From Callorhinchus milii (lineage: Eukaryota), in the NCBI RefSeq assembly GCF_018977255.1, contig NW_024704768.1:248001-312000 (forward strand): DNA of 64,000 nucleotides, read 5' to 3'. Made by a program: the position numbers and the translations under genes. The notes beneath the pieces are model-generated. The model did no database searches. It was not told where the DNA came from and was given only the letters and a program-made list of their open reading frames with translations. Of this stretch, positions 25,679 to 37,559 are shown piece after piece. Position 1 is the first letter of the stretch, and each line of letters begins with the position of its first letter.

Positions 25679-25990
25679 GTCAGACCCCCGGCCGGTCACG
25701 GTGACGGGTTTCCGTGTGTGTCAGACCCCCGGCCGGTCACGGTGACGGGTTTCCGTGTGTGTCAGACCCCCGGCCGGTCACGGTGACGGGTTTCCGTGTG
25801 TGTCAGACCCCCGGCCGNNNNNNNNNNNNNNNNNNNNNNNNNGTCACGGTGACGGGTTTTCGTGTGTGTCAGACCCCCGGCCGGTCACGGTGACGGGTTT
25901 CCGTGTGTGTCAGACCCCCGGCCGGTCACGGTGACGGGTTTTCGTGTGTGTCAGACCCCCGGCTGGTCACTGACGGGTTTCCGTGTGCCA
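25679..25990 (+). repeat. 41-bp minisatellite with an internal assembly gap (probable RNF41 3' UTR)
   Basis: Unit GTCAGACCCCCGGCCGGTCACGGTGACGGGTTTCCGTGTGT; Ns 25818-25842. Confidence 0.92.
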
Positions 25991-28900
25991 GATGCTGACC
26001 AAAATTTTTTTTAAAAATGTAGCAACCTATTGTGATTATCATTTTAAATATTTTCCATTGAATAAAAACCCAGGGTTTGGGGCCGGGTATCAAATGTTAT
26101 TGACGGGTTCAAAACAGACTGTGCGGCCCAGCCTTGTGGCTCTGAGGTGGAATAAAAGTGCTGGCACTCGATTAGCTATGGGGTGTGGGGGGCGCAGTGA
26201 CTTTACAGCAAAGTATAATCCCGGTATGAAGTGCTTCCTTATTGTTTAACTCTTGCCGTGTAATGCAGTTCATTACTTCATGGATTTTTTTAATAAAAGC
26301 CAGGTGTGTGTGTGTGTGTGTGTGCGCGCGCACGAGTGTGTGTGTGTGCATGTTTGTGTGCACGGGGGCTAAATACACAAATTATCTTGTGATTTGGACA
26401 AGTGTTTGTGGTCAGTGTTAGAACAGAGACGTTCCTGTGGCTGAAGCTGTGACGTGTTTGAGGAGCTGTTGGCACTTGGTATACATGAGGAACGAAAACA
26501 CGACTTTTTATAAATTATCTGTGAAATAAACTTAAGTAAAATAGTAAAATATGTTTTCTGTTTGTTTGGTGGGAGGTGGCGGGAGCTTAATGTGTGTCTC
26601 TCCAAGGGAGAAAGTGTATTCTATCCCAACAATCTATCTGGGACTTCCATGTATAGGTGGGATGGATGGAATTCTCATCTTAGTTCGGAGACTGTTAAGC
26701 AACGGTGATGGGTTTCCTCGTGTGTCAGACACCTGGTTGGCCAAAAACAAAATTAATGTGATGATGGGCTGGATGGCTGCCTCCTGCGCTGTGGATATCT
26801 TTGCTACCATCCAGGAACATTTTGTGAGTGGGGGAGCGTGTGTATGGAGGCGGAGGAGAGTATGTATTGGGGGGGGGAAGGGTGTGTGTATTGTTTGTGG
26901 GGGAGGGTGTGTGTCGGGGGAAGGGGGGAGTTATTGCAATGGGATTGCATTTTTTTTGCCTTAAATCTGGGTGCGTTTGGTAAATGTGGTGCCTTGTGGT
27001 GAAGGTAGTGCCCCCTATTGGGTGTTGGGCCACACACACCCACACAAGGAATTAAAACCCGAGTCGAATCTGATTTGCTTCCCATCCAATCCTGCTTCGC
27101 CCTGACCCCGAGACTCCCATCGGTAACTGAGGCTTCAGACTCCGTGTATTGCCCTCGGCTCTGCAACTGTCTCCCTCGAGCATGTGAGGGTTTTGCTCTC
27201 TCTCACACACTTCACTTCAACTGTGCCTTCTGTCAACTTCAATTTTTGAAATGATGAATTTGCTGCTCAGTGTTAGTGAGAGAGATTATGATCTGGGATG
27301 CACTGGCTGGAAGGCTGGTGGAAGCAGATGTGATGATAGCTTTCAAAAGGGAATTGGATAGGGACTTAAAAAGGAAAGATTTGCAGATCTAAGGGGGAAA
27401 GAGCGAAGGAGTGGGACCAGTTATTGGCATTTTCAAAGAGTCAGCACAAGCATGATGGGCCAAATGGCCTCCTTCTGTGCTGTAAGATTATAATAATAAT
27501 AATAATAATCCTTGCATTTGATATAGCGCTTTTCACGTCTGGAGGACGTCCCAAAGCGCTTCACAGAACACACTGTAAAGTGAATTGACTGTATATTTGT
27601 GGGCGAACGCGGCAGCCAATTGCGCACAGCAATGTCCCACAAACAGTCGTAGATTGAAAATGACCAATGTATTATTGTTTTTTTTGGTTTTGGTTATATG
27701 AGAAGAGAAAGAGAGAGAGACCGAGGAAGCCTTGGGAATCAGCGGAGATGTTTCTGTGCCATCGAAGAAAATAATTTGTGGCTCAGAAAGACTGTTTTGA
27801 TCCAGATGGTGTGGGAGGGAGCTCGTCCCACCCAGCCTCCTGCCGGACAACAAAACATTTGCCCACAAAACACACAGTCACTACACTTTACAGTGTATCC
27901 ATGTCAAACGCTTTGAGACATCTCAATGTTGTGTGATAAGGTGCTATATCAAATGCAAGGATTATTATTATGATCAGTCAAAGTAAATCTTATGTGTAAA
28001 ATAGTTGCTGCGTTCCTACAAAAAGCTGCTCCGGTTGGTGACGGGTCCCCAGACAGCAATATAAGCCCTGAGTCAAAAAATAGGCATTTTTACCATCCGT
28101 GTTGATATTGGGGCTAATCCCAGATCAATATTTTAATTACGGTGCATCAATACCTGACCAAACCTTAACCAACTGCGGAAGAATTAACAAACAAATGACC
28201 ATTAACAAAAGCCACAGACAGTTGGGGATGACAACTACAACAAATAACATTTACACGGCCCTTTTCATGTTGGGAGGATGTCCCAAGGCGCCCGACAATT
28301 GGATTTGAACCCAAGCAGGAGGTTGGGATCAGGAGGTGTGGAGGGCAGTGACCGAAGGCGCGGCTGAAGAGGAGGGTCTTGAGAAGGGCCTTGAAGGCAG
28401 TGAGGGAGGGAGAGAGGTGAAGGGAATGTGGGATGGAGTTCCAAAGGGCGGAGGGGGGTACAGAGGCCACGTGAATTTTCATTTTTAGGCAAAATTACTT
28501 TGATTTTTTTTAAGGTAATTGTGAAATGATCAGAACATCTTTCACCAGAGAAAACAATGTTTGTGCTCAATATTATCAATATTAATAGATTTTTTTAAAA
28601 AATCAATTCCAATTATTGTCATATTTTCAGACAGCAACAGAGAGAGAGTGCGGGAGATAATAAATAAATAATAATAATCCTTGCATTTGATATTTGATAT
28701 AGTGCCTTATATTGCGCTCTGAGACGCCCTCCGGCGCGGAGGGCACTGTATAAATCCAAGTTGTTGAAATGTCTCAAAGCGCTTCACAGAATATACTGTA
28801 AAGTCAGTGTTGTGACTATTTTGGAGGCGAAACGGCAGCAGATGGCGCACAGCAGTGTCCCACGAACGCTGATTGAGTGACCAAATTATTATTTTTGATT

Positions 28901-29052
28901 ATTAAACACCAGAAGAGTAATCCGACAATCAACTCACAACCGGGAGGGGGAGGGCGAGGGGTCAGTCTCTCCCTCCGCGGAGTAACCGACTGACAAATTG
29001 CTGTGTTTTTGATTTAAAATATATTTTTATTTGATGGTAAAAAGTTGAGCTC

Positions 29053-29134
29053 CGTCACGGACAGGATTCGAACCTGTGCGGGGAGACCCCATTGGATTTC
29101 GAGTCCAACGCCTTAACCACTCGGCCACCGTGAC
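29053..29134 (-). tRNA. tRNA-Ser(CGA)
   Basis: GTCACGGTGGCCGAGTGGTTAAGGCGTTGGACTCGAAATCCAATGGGGTCTCCCCGCACAGGTTCGAATCCTGTCCGTGACG; 82 nt, long variable arm, paired acceptor stem, A/B boxes, T5 terminator about 10 nt downstream. Confidence 0.97.
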
Positions 29135-29279
29135 TCGCGCTCACACCAACGGCGGCGGAGGCTTTGTCAGCAGCACCAGCGCGAGTGTGAGCGGGAGTGA
29201 GTGTGAGTGAGTGTGAGCGGGAGTGAGTGTGAGTGAGTGTGAGCGGGAGTGAGTGTGAGTGACTGTGAGTGAGTGAGTG

Positions 29280-29508
29280 CGCGGAGTGATCTGAAGCTGC
29301 GGCGCGCGCTGTTGGCGGAATGTATCAGTGGCGCTTCCGCGCCGTTACTTTGTTGCCATTACTGTAACATTCCCTGTGACGTCCTGGACTTGTCCACTCC
29401 GGAGGGGGGAGAGCCCGAGCCCCGCCCCCCCCCCCCCCCGGCAGATTGGTCCCGTCCCCATCACATGGCGGGAAACTGTGAGTTTGGCGGCGCGGGACCG
29501 GAGGTGAG
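29280..29508 (+). promoter_or_regulatory. CpG promoter with E2F-like, CRE-like and CCAAT motifs and a splice donor; gene unidentified
   Basis: TGACGTCC ~29377, GATTGG ~29444, GGCGGGAAA ~29467, TTTGGCGGCGCGGGA ~29482, GAG/GTGAGT after 29502. Confidence 0.55.
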
Positions 29509-29524
29509 TGTCACACACACAGCG

Positions 29525-30112
29525 TCACCCCCTCCCCCACCCCCCCCACCACACCCCATCACACACACCCTCACACACCCCCACCCCCCCCACCACACCC
29601 CCTCACACACACCCTCACACACCCCCACCCCCCCCACCACACCCCCTCACACACACCCTCACACACCCCCACCCCCCCACCACCCCCTCACACACACCCT
29701 CACACACCCCCACCCCCCACCACACCCCCTCACACACACCCTCACACACCCCCCACCCCCACAGCCACACCCCCTCACACACCCCCTCACACACACCCCA
29801 CCCCCCCCACCACACACCCTCACACACACCCTCACACACCCCCACCCCCCACCACACCCCCTCACACACACCCTCACACACCCCCACCCCCCCACCACAC
29901 ACCCTCACACACCCCCACCCCCACCACACCCCCCACCACACCCCCTCACACACACCCTCACACCCCCCCACCACACACCCTCACACACACCCTCACACAC
30001 CCCCCACCACACACCCTCACACACACCCTCACACACCCCCACCACACACCCTCACACACCCCCACCACACACCCTCACACACACCCTCACACACCCCCCA
30101 CCACACACCCTC
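29525..30112 (+). repeat. C/A-rich low-complexity array (CCCTCACACACA / CCCCACC)
   Basis: Directly visible. Confidence 0.9.
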
Positions 30113-31022
30113 AACAACAACAACAGGATTCCATTTATAGAGCGCCTTTCACGTCGGGAGGACGTCCCGAGGCGCTGCACAGTTGGGTCAGGACCCGAGC
30201 ATTGGGGGGGAATGGTCAGGGTGACGGGAGGGGAGGGAGGGGTGAGGGGAGGGAGGGGGTGAGGGGAGGGGAGGGGGTGAGGAGGGGGTAGAGAGTCGAG
30301 AGCGGAGCTGAAGGTCAAACAGAAAGGTCTTGAGACGGCTCTGAAGGAGGAAAGGGAGGAGGCGGCGAAGGCACTGGGGATGGAGTTCCAGAGCCTCGGG
30401 GCTGAGAGGCTGAAGGCCACCGATGATGGGATGGGGCCGAGACCGTGGGGCCGACTGGAATGGTCAGGTCTGTACGGAGTTAACAGGTCACAGAGGTCGG
30501 GAAGGGGCAAGGCCATGGGGGGCTTTGCGAGGACGAGGATTTTGAACTCTATCCTCTGAGGGATGGGGAGCGAGGCAATGGAGCTGGGTGGGGTGAGGGT
30601 GGGGGTGGGGTGGGGGTGAGGTTGGGGGTGAGGGTGGGGTGAGGGTGGGGGTGGGGTGAGGTTGGGGGTGAGGNNNNNNNNNNNNNNNNNNNNNNNNNNN
30701 NNNNNNNNNNNNNNNNNNNNNNNNNNNNNNNNNNNNNNNNNNNNNNNNNNNNNNNNNNNNNNNNNNNNNNNNNNNNNNNNNNNNNNNNNNNNNNNNNNNN
30801 NNNNNGGGGTTGGGGTGGGGGGTGAGGGTGGGGTTGGGGGTGAGGGTGAGGGTGGGGGTGGGGGTGGGGGTGAGGTTGGGGGTGAGGGTGGGGGTGGGTG
30901 GGTGGGGGTGAGGTTGGGGGTGAGGGGGTGGGGGTGGGGTGGGTGTGGGGGTGAGGGTGGGGTTGGGGGTGGGGTTGGGGTGAGGGTGGGGGTGAGGGTG
31001 GGGGTGAGGTGGGGTTGCGCAC
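30113..31022 (-). mobile_element. L2 3' fragment containing an expanded G-rich array and an assembly gap
   Basis: L2 tail at 30113; LPIPQRIEFKIL; (GGGGGTGAGGGT)-like array 30585-31015 with Ns 30674-30805. Confidence 0.8.
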
Positions 31023-31318
31023 CGGACTTTAACCAGCTCTGGTGTGCAGTGCAATGAAATTTAGAGACCAAGAGAAACTGCACTGGAATATTTTATGACT
31101 TTCTGTGTTCGTTACTAATTTGACTTGAAAAGTGACATAAACATAATTTGTGTAGATTGACACGTGGAGCTGTTGCATATGTTAATAACAGTTACAAAGT
31201 TCCCAGTGTGATCTGTCTGATCAGATGCTGACAAATAACAGCGGAAACTTGCATTTAAATAGCACCTCTCACACAGGGTAGCGACCGAGAGAGTTGGGAT
31301 ACTAAACTCACCACAAGT

Positions 31319-31620
31319 GGAGTCCTGTAGCTCAGTGGTTAGAGCACTCGCTTTGCAAGCGAGAGACCTGAGTTCAATTCCAGGCAGAGGGCGAAACCTG
31401 GGCAAGTTTCCTTACTCCACACAGAGCCTAATAATAACCCTCCAAAACCAAAACAATAATAAATTGGTCATTTTCAATCCACGACTGTTTGTGGACATTG
31501 CTGTGCGCAATTGGCTGCCGCGTTCGCCCACAAATATACAGTCAACTCACTTTACAGTGTGTTCTGTGAAGTGCTTTGGGACGTCCTCTCGACGTGAAAA
31601 GCGCTATATCAAATGCAACG

Positions 31621-31657
<37 letters not shown>
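31319..31657 (+). mobile_element. Full-length tRNA-derived Deu-domain SINE with L2-like tail
   Basis: Head GGAGTCCTGTAGCTCAGTGGTTAGAGC...GTTCAATTCC; core GCTGTGCGCAATTGGCTGCCGCG; tail GACGTGAAAAGCGCTATATCAAATGC(ATT)n. Confidence 0.9.
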
Positions 31658-31658
<1 letters not shown>

Positions 31659-32136
31659 AGCCTTGACTCTGAAGCTATTTGAATGGGTTAAAATCTGCCT
31701 GAAGTGGTCTGGATTGATCTCCTCCCGGGGCACAGCTGAGCCTCAGCCAAACCGGGGAAGTGGGTTAAGGATCATTGTTCAGCTCCTCTGGAAGTGTAAG
31801 TTTAATGATACAAATGACAGTTTGTCACCATCTTGTGGTATAAATCAAAACTACCGGAAGCCAAATAACAACAATAATAATAATAATAATAATAATAATA
31901 ATCCTGACATTTGTTACAGCGCCGGGTTCCTACTGACTGCTGGTAAACAGAGGTGAGTGGAGTGAGGGAACGCGCCCAACGTTTCACAGTGCTCGTGAGG
32001 CGAGTGTCCAACCCCTGAGCTACAGGATTCTACTTTATCATTTACAACAACAACAACAAAATTCCATATGTAAAGCGTCTTCCACGTCACGAGGACGTCC
32101 CAAAGCACTGGACAACCAGTGTTTCTGACCCGAGGG

Positions 32137-32182
<46 letters not shown>

Positions 32183-32289
32183 GACCGGAGCACAGCCGAA
32201 CAGGATGAAGCAATGTTATTTAAATTAATAGAAAGTGTGTGTGTGAATGTGTGTGTGCGGGGGGGGGGGGGGCTACAAGAAGCGGGGCT

Positions 32290-33950
32290 CGTGCTACAAG
32301 GCTGGGGGGCGGGGCCGGGCTGCAGGGCTGTGGGGCGGGGCTGGGGGCAGTGGGGCGGGGCTGAGGCGGGGCTGCAGGGATGGGGGGCGGGGCTGGGGGC
32401 GGTGGGGCGGGGCTGAGGGCGGGGCTGCAGGGATGGGGGCGGGGCTGCAAGGGGCGGGGCTGGAGCTACAAGGCTGGGGGGCGGAGCTGAGGGCGGACCT
32501 GCAGGGCTGGGGCGGGGCTGGGGGCGGTGGGGCGGGGCTGGGGGCGGTGGGGCGGGGCTGGGGGCGGGTGGGCGGGGATGAGGGCGGGGCTGCAAGACTG
32601 GGGGCGGGGCAGGGGGCTGTGGGCGGGCTGTGGGCGGGGCGGGGCTGTGGGCAGTGGGCTGGGCCGGGGCTGTGGGGCTGGGGGCGGGACTGTGGTGCTG
32701 TATGTGGGGCTGTGTTGCTCTGGGCGGGGCTGTGGGCTGTGGGCGGGGCTGTTGGCGGTGCTGTGGGAGGGGCTGCTGGGCTGGGGGCGGGGCTGGGCGC
32801 AGGGCTGGGGGCTGGGGCGGGATTGGGGCTGTGGGCTGGACTGTGGGCTGGGGGCGGGGCTGTGGCCGAGGATGGGGGTGGGGCTGTGGGCGTGGGCTGG
32901 GGGCCCGGGGCTGTGGGCGGGGCTGGAGGCGGGGGGCATGGGGGCGGGGCGTGGGGCGGGGCTGTGGTGCTGGGGGCTGTGGACGGGGCTGTGGGCGGGA
33001 CTAGGGGCGGGGCTGTGGGATGGGAGACGAGGGTGAGGGCGGGGCTATGGGCGGGGCTGTGGTGCTGGGGCGGGGCTGTATGTGGGGCTGTGGTGCTGGG
33101 GGCGGGGCTGTGGGCTTGAGGCGGAGCTGTGGGCGGGGCTGTGGGCTGGGAGCGGGGCTGTGGGCGGGGCTGTGCTGTGGGCGGGGCTGTGGGCGGGGCT
33201 GTGGGCGGGACTGTGGGCTGGGAGCGGGGCTGTGGGCGGGGCTGTGGGCTGGGTTATGGGCTGGGGGCGGGGCTGGGGGCGGGTTGTGCTGGGGCGGGCT
33301 GTGCTGGGGGCGGGGCTGTGCTGGGGGCGGGGCTGTGGGCGGGGTTGTGCTGGGGGCGGGGCTGGGGGCTGTGGGCGGGGTTGTGCTGGGGGCGGGGCTG
33401 GGGACTGGGGGCGGAGCTGTGGGCGGGGCTGTGGGCTGGGGTCGGGGCTGTGGACTGGGGCGGGGCTGGGGGCGGGGCTGTGGGCGGGGCTGTGGGCGGG
33501 GCGGGGCTGGGGGCGGGTTGTGCTGGGGCCGGGCTGTGCTGGAGGCGGGGCTGAGGGCGGGGCGGGGCTGTGGGCGGGGCTGGGGCTGTGGGCGGGGCTG
33601 GGCGGGGGGCTGTGCTGGGGCGGGGGCGGGGCTGGGGGGCGGGGCGGGGCTGGGGGCGGGGCCGGGGGCTGTGGGCGGGGTTGTGCTGGGGGCGGGGCTA
33701 GGGGCGGGGCTAGGGGCGGGGGCTGGGCTGGGGGCGGGCTGTGGGCGGGGCTGTGTGCGGGGCGGGCTGGGGCGGGGCTGGGGGCGGGGCTGGGGGCGGG
33801 GCGTGGGGCGGGGCTGGGGGCTGGGGGGGCTGGGGGCTGGGGGCGGGGCTGGGAGCGGGGCGCGGGGCTAGAGGCTGGGGGCGGGCTGGGGCTGGGCGGG
33901 GCTGGGGCGGGGCTAGGGCGGGCTGGGCTGTGGGCGGGGCTGTGGGCGGT
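32290..33950 (+). repeat. 1.7-kb GC-box array (GGGCGGGGCTGT/G)n
   Basis: Dozens of GGGCGGGGC units; preceded by a 44-nt poly-G at 32138-32181. Confidence 0.92.
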
Positions 33951-34019
33951 GCACAGGAGCATCCTAAACTATGTTATAAGCGATATCCCCAACTGCATCC
34001 AAAATCACTGCATTATTCA

Positions 34020-34675
34020 CCCTCTACAGTGCCTGACATTGTTTAGGCCTCAGCGAGAGACTGGGTTCAGTTCTGGGCCCCACACTTTAGGAAGGATGTC
34101 AAGGCATTGGAGAGGGTGCAAAGGAGATTGACCAGAATGGCACCAGGAATGAGGGACTTCAGTGATCAGGAGAGGCGAGAGAGGCGAGGATTATTCTCCT
34201 TGGGGCAGAGAAGGTTAAGAGGAGACTTAATAGAAGTTTTCAAAAAGATGAGGGGATTCGATCGAGTGAACAGGGAGACACTATTCCCACTGGCGGTGGG
34301 TCGGTAACCCGAGGGCACCGATTGAAAATAGTTGTTAAAAGAAACAGAGGGGAGGGGAGGAGAAATGTCTTCACACAGCGAGTTGTTGAGATCTGGAATG
34401 CGTTGCCTGAAAGGCCGGTGGGAACCGATTCTATAACAACTTCTAAGAGAGAAGTAGATAATTATTTGGGGAGGACAAGTTTGCAGCACTATAGGGAGAG
34501 AGCGGGGGAGTGGGGTTGGTCAGGGCTATGGGGAGAGAGCGGGGGAGTGGGGTTGATCAGGGCTATGGGAGAGAGCGGGGGAGTGGGGGTAATTTGGAAG
34601 CTCTTCTCAAAGAGTCGGCACAGACACGATGGGCCGAATGGCCTCCTTCTGTGCCGTATAATTCTATGATTCTAT
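34020..34675 (+). mobile_element. CR1 LINE 3' fragment
   Basis: LERVQRRLTRMAPGMRDFSDQER..GLFSL.QRRLRGDLIEVFK; tail GATGGGCCGAATGGCCTCCTTCTGTG...ATTCTATG. Confidence 0.92.
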
Positions 34676-37559
34676 ATGTGTCGGCCCAGTGGGAAGAGGT
34701 TAGGGTTAGGGTTAGGTTTGTGCTGCCCTCAATAGTAGAGTGGCTCTGCCGACACTCATTACCACACATCAACGTGGGAGGGGGAGGGGAACAATTTAAA
34801 TATAATTATTTAAATAAAGAGAGAAAAAGTTTACTTCACTCTGATAACAGCAAACACATAGTAGCATTTGTCACTGCGAAAAATAAAGTTTCTTATTTAA
34901 GTTTTATAAATAAATTATTTTTAAATATTGAACCACATTCAATAACCAACTTTCAATAGGGAATTAGATAGGACTTGAAAAGGAAACATTTGCAAGGATA
35001 TGGGGAAGAGTGGGGGAGTGGGGCTGATTGGGTAAGGCCTTCCAAACAGCTGACATAGGCACTGTGGGCTGAATGGCCTCCTTCTGTGCTGTAATATTCT
35101 TGGATTCTCTTGTTTGCGAGAGTTGGGGAGGAGGTAAAAGTACAAAGCTGTATCAGCGTAGTCCTAATTCCAGTGAGGTCAGTGGCCTGGAGCAATGGCA
35201 GTGGATTCCAGATCACGCTGATCCCACACTTTGTATATTCAGCGGAGAAGAAATATTGGTGTATTTTTGGCTGATTCTCAATTGTACTTTGGTACCAGTC
35301 GAGTTTTGCCAGTTTGTTTAACACGTAATTCTGTGTTTATTTTGACAAGAAACCAGAATATATAAATTCTGGATTCTTATCAAAGTTAGTTTCTTGTTAA
35401 AATTAGCACAGAAAGGACCCTCTTTTGTACTATCTGTGACTGGCAGCGAGACAGGTATATGATGCAATGCTATGTGCTGAGATAACTAAATACTGTTGTC
35501 TGATATGGAGGGTTCTGTGCATCCAGCTTTCCTGTGGCCCGTATCTAGGAGCTCGTGCTGAGTGTAACTCAGTGAAACATGTCAGTCATTTCACTCACAA
35601 AATACACAGTCAATTCACTTTAGAGTATATTCTGTGAAACACTTTGAGACGTCTCGAAGATGTGATAAGGCATTATATCAAAGGCAAGGATTATTATTAT
35701 TTATCTCATCAGTCACTTCACTGAGAGTGTATTATTAGCTATACTTATTACATGTAAGATACGTGTGTGGTCACAAACTCATTCCTGGCTTTGCTCTTGG
35801 TAAAAAGGGAATCACTGCACATTTCATAGCATAGTGCTAGATTTTTTTTTGGTGACGGTACATAATAATAAAAAAAATAATCCTTGCATTTGATATAGCA
35901 CCTTTTCACATCATTGAGATGTCTCAAAGAACTTCACAGGATACACTGTAAAGTAAAGTGATTGTATTTCATGGGCGAAACGTAGCAACCAATTGCGCAA
36001 AACAGTGTCCCACAAACAGTCGTGGATTGAGTATTATTATGGGAAAACTCAGCACAAAAATGTGTTCTACAAAACTCAAGGTAACAAAAACACCGCCTGG
36101 TATCTGGTACAAGAGACCAATGCTGGAGATTTCACAGTGTCTCTAGTTTGTGATGGTAGAGTCAAAGGGCTAAGGCTGTTTGAGTGCGAGCAATGGCAAT
36201 TACTCACTGCTCCTGACTTGTGAACAGGAGTGAGATGGACTTGTGTCTGGGCTCTGCTCTGGGCTACATTTACTGATGTTACCCTACCATAAACTGTAGC
36301 TGCTTTAAGGGGAAATAAATGTGCAGAGATACAGCAATGCTGACATGCGGAAAAGGAACTCGCCCAGAATTAGGGGCCAAGTAACTGTTATACAACGGTA
36401 ACTGTTGACGTTGGTGACAATAGGGAATGTCTGTCTCTATGTATTATTCTTCCTACAAGAAATGCTATAATCTGTAACTATTTGTTATGTTTGTTTTCAG
36501 AATCAATAATCATGTTGATATTTTTAATGTTGATTTTAGAAACTCACCACAAGTGAGTGTTGAAACCTGGTCAATTACGTCATTTAAAAGGATGTAAATA
36601 TTCACTTGAAGAATGAAGATATATAAAAAGAAGCAAGCGGCAAGAGATTAGAGTAGAGAGCTCCAGCGGGGAAGCGAGCCCCAGCACAGATACGATGGGG
36701 TGAGAGAGAGCAGGGGATGGGGTTAGAGAGTTCTAGTGGGAGAAGCTAACAAACAGAATGGCGGAATATCACTGTGAGCGTAAGTCTAACACAACAAAAC
36801 TATTACATTGTGACATTTATTACTTCTTAATAAATGATTCACTGTTTTTTTAAGCTGATGGACACAGTAACCTTGGCACACATGTCCATGCAATAGTGCT
36901 TTCCCCCCGGAGGTCCAGACTATACACGCAGGGATGTTTGATGTGGGAGAAAGGTGTATATTCTCTGAGAGCTTTGACTCAGCACAACTCCAGCGTGGCT
37001 CAGACCTTGCAGTGTCAGTGCTGGAGACAGCGCCAGGTTGGACTGTGTACCTGTCACACAGAACTGACCAATCTAAAACAAACAGCAGTGACCAGCAAAG
37101 CGAGTCAACACACCGATATTCACACAAACACCAGCACAGCAATTTCATGCTGCATCGTCTGACTAATGCTGGATTCTGGTCCATCCGCAGACAAACACAA
37201 GCTGTGCACCTCTGCCCTGACTCAATATTGTGGATCACTGTACTTCTGAATCCGTTATCATATCAGTACGTGCAATGTGTACAGTACAGGGGTGAGAGCT
37301 CACTTCACTTCACATCAAAGCACTAACACTAGCCTCTTGTGCAAGTTGTGTAAACCATGTGTAAATGTTTCATTAGGAGTTAATCACATAATACCAGGAA
37401 TTTGCGATTCCCTCTGTACACCATAGTTTGCACTGCTCCCATAATAATAATAATAATAATAATAATTCTTGCATTTGATATAATGCTTTTCATGTCTTCT
37501 CGACATCTCAAAGCGCTTCACAGAATAGACTGTAAATAGTAATAGTACTGATGTACTGA

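Noticed and set aside
29273-34131. Long Gly/Pro/His-rich ORFs of 200-350 aa (also 13101-13787 and 19123-19651)
   Set aside because: Open in most frames on both strands because they translate stop-free G/C-rich arrays; no splice or codon evidence.
34697-34717. TTAGGG repeats (also CCCTAA at ~62962-62980)
   Set aside because: Only 2-3 units; too short to call interstitial telomeric sequence.
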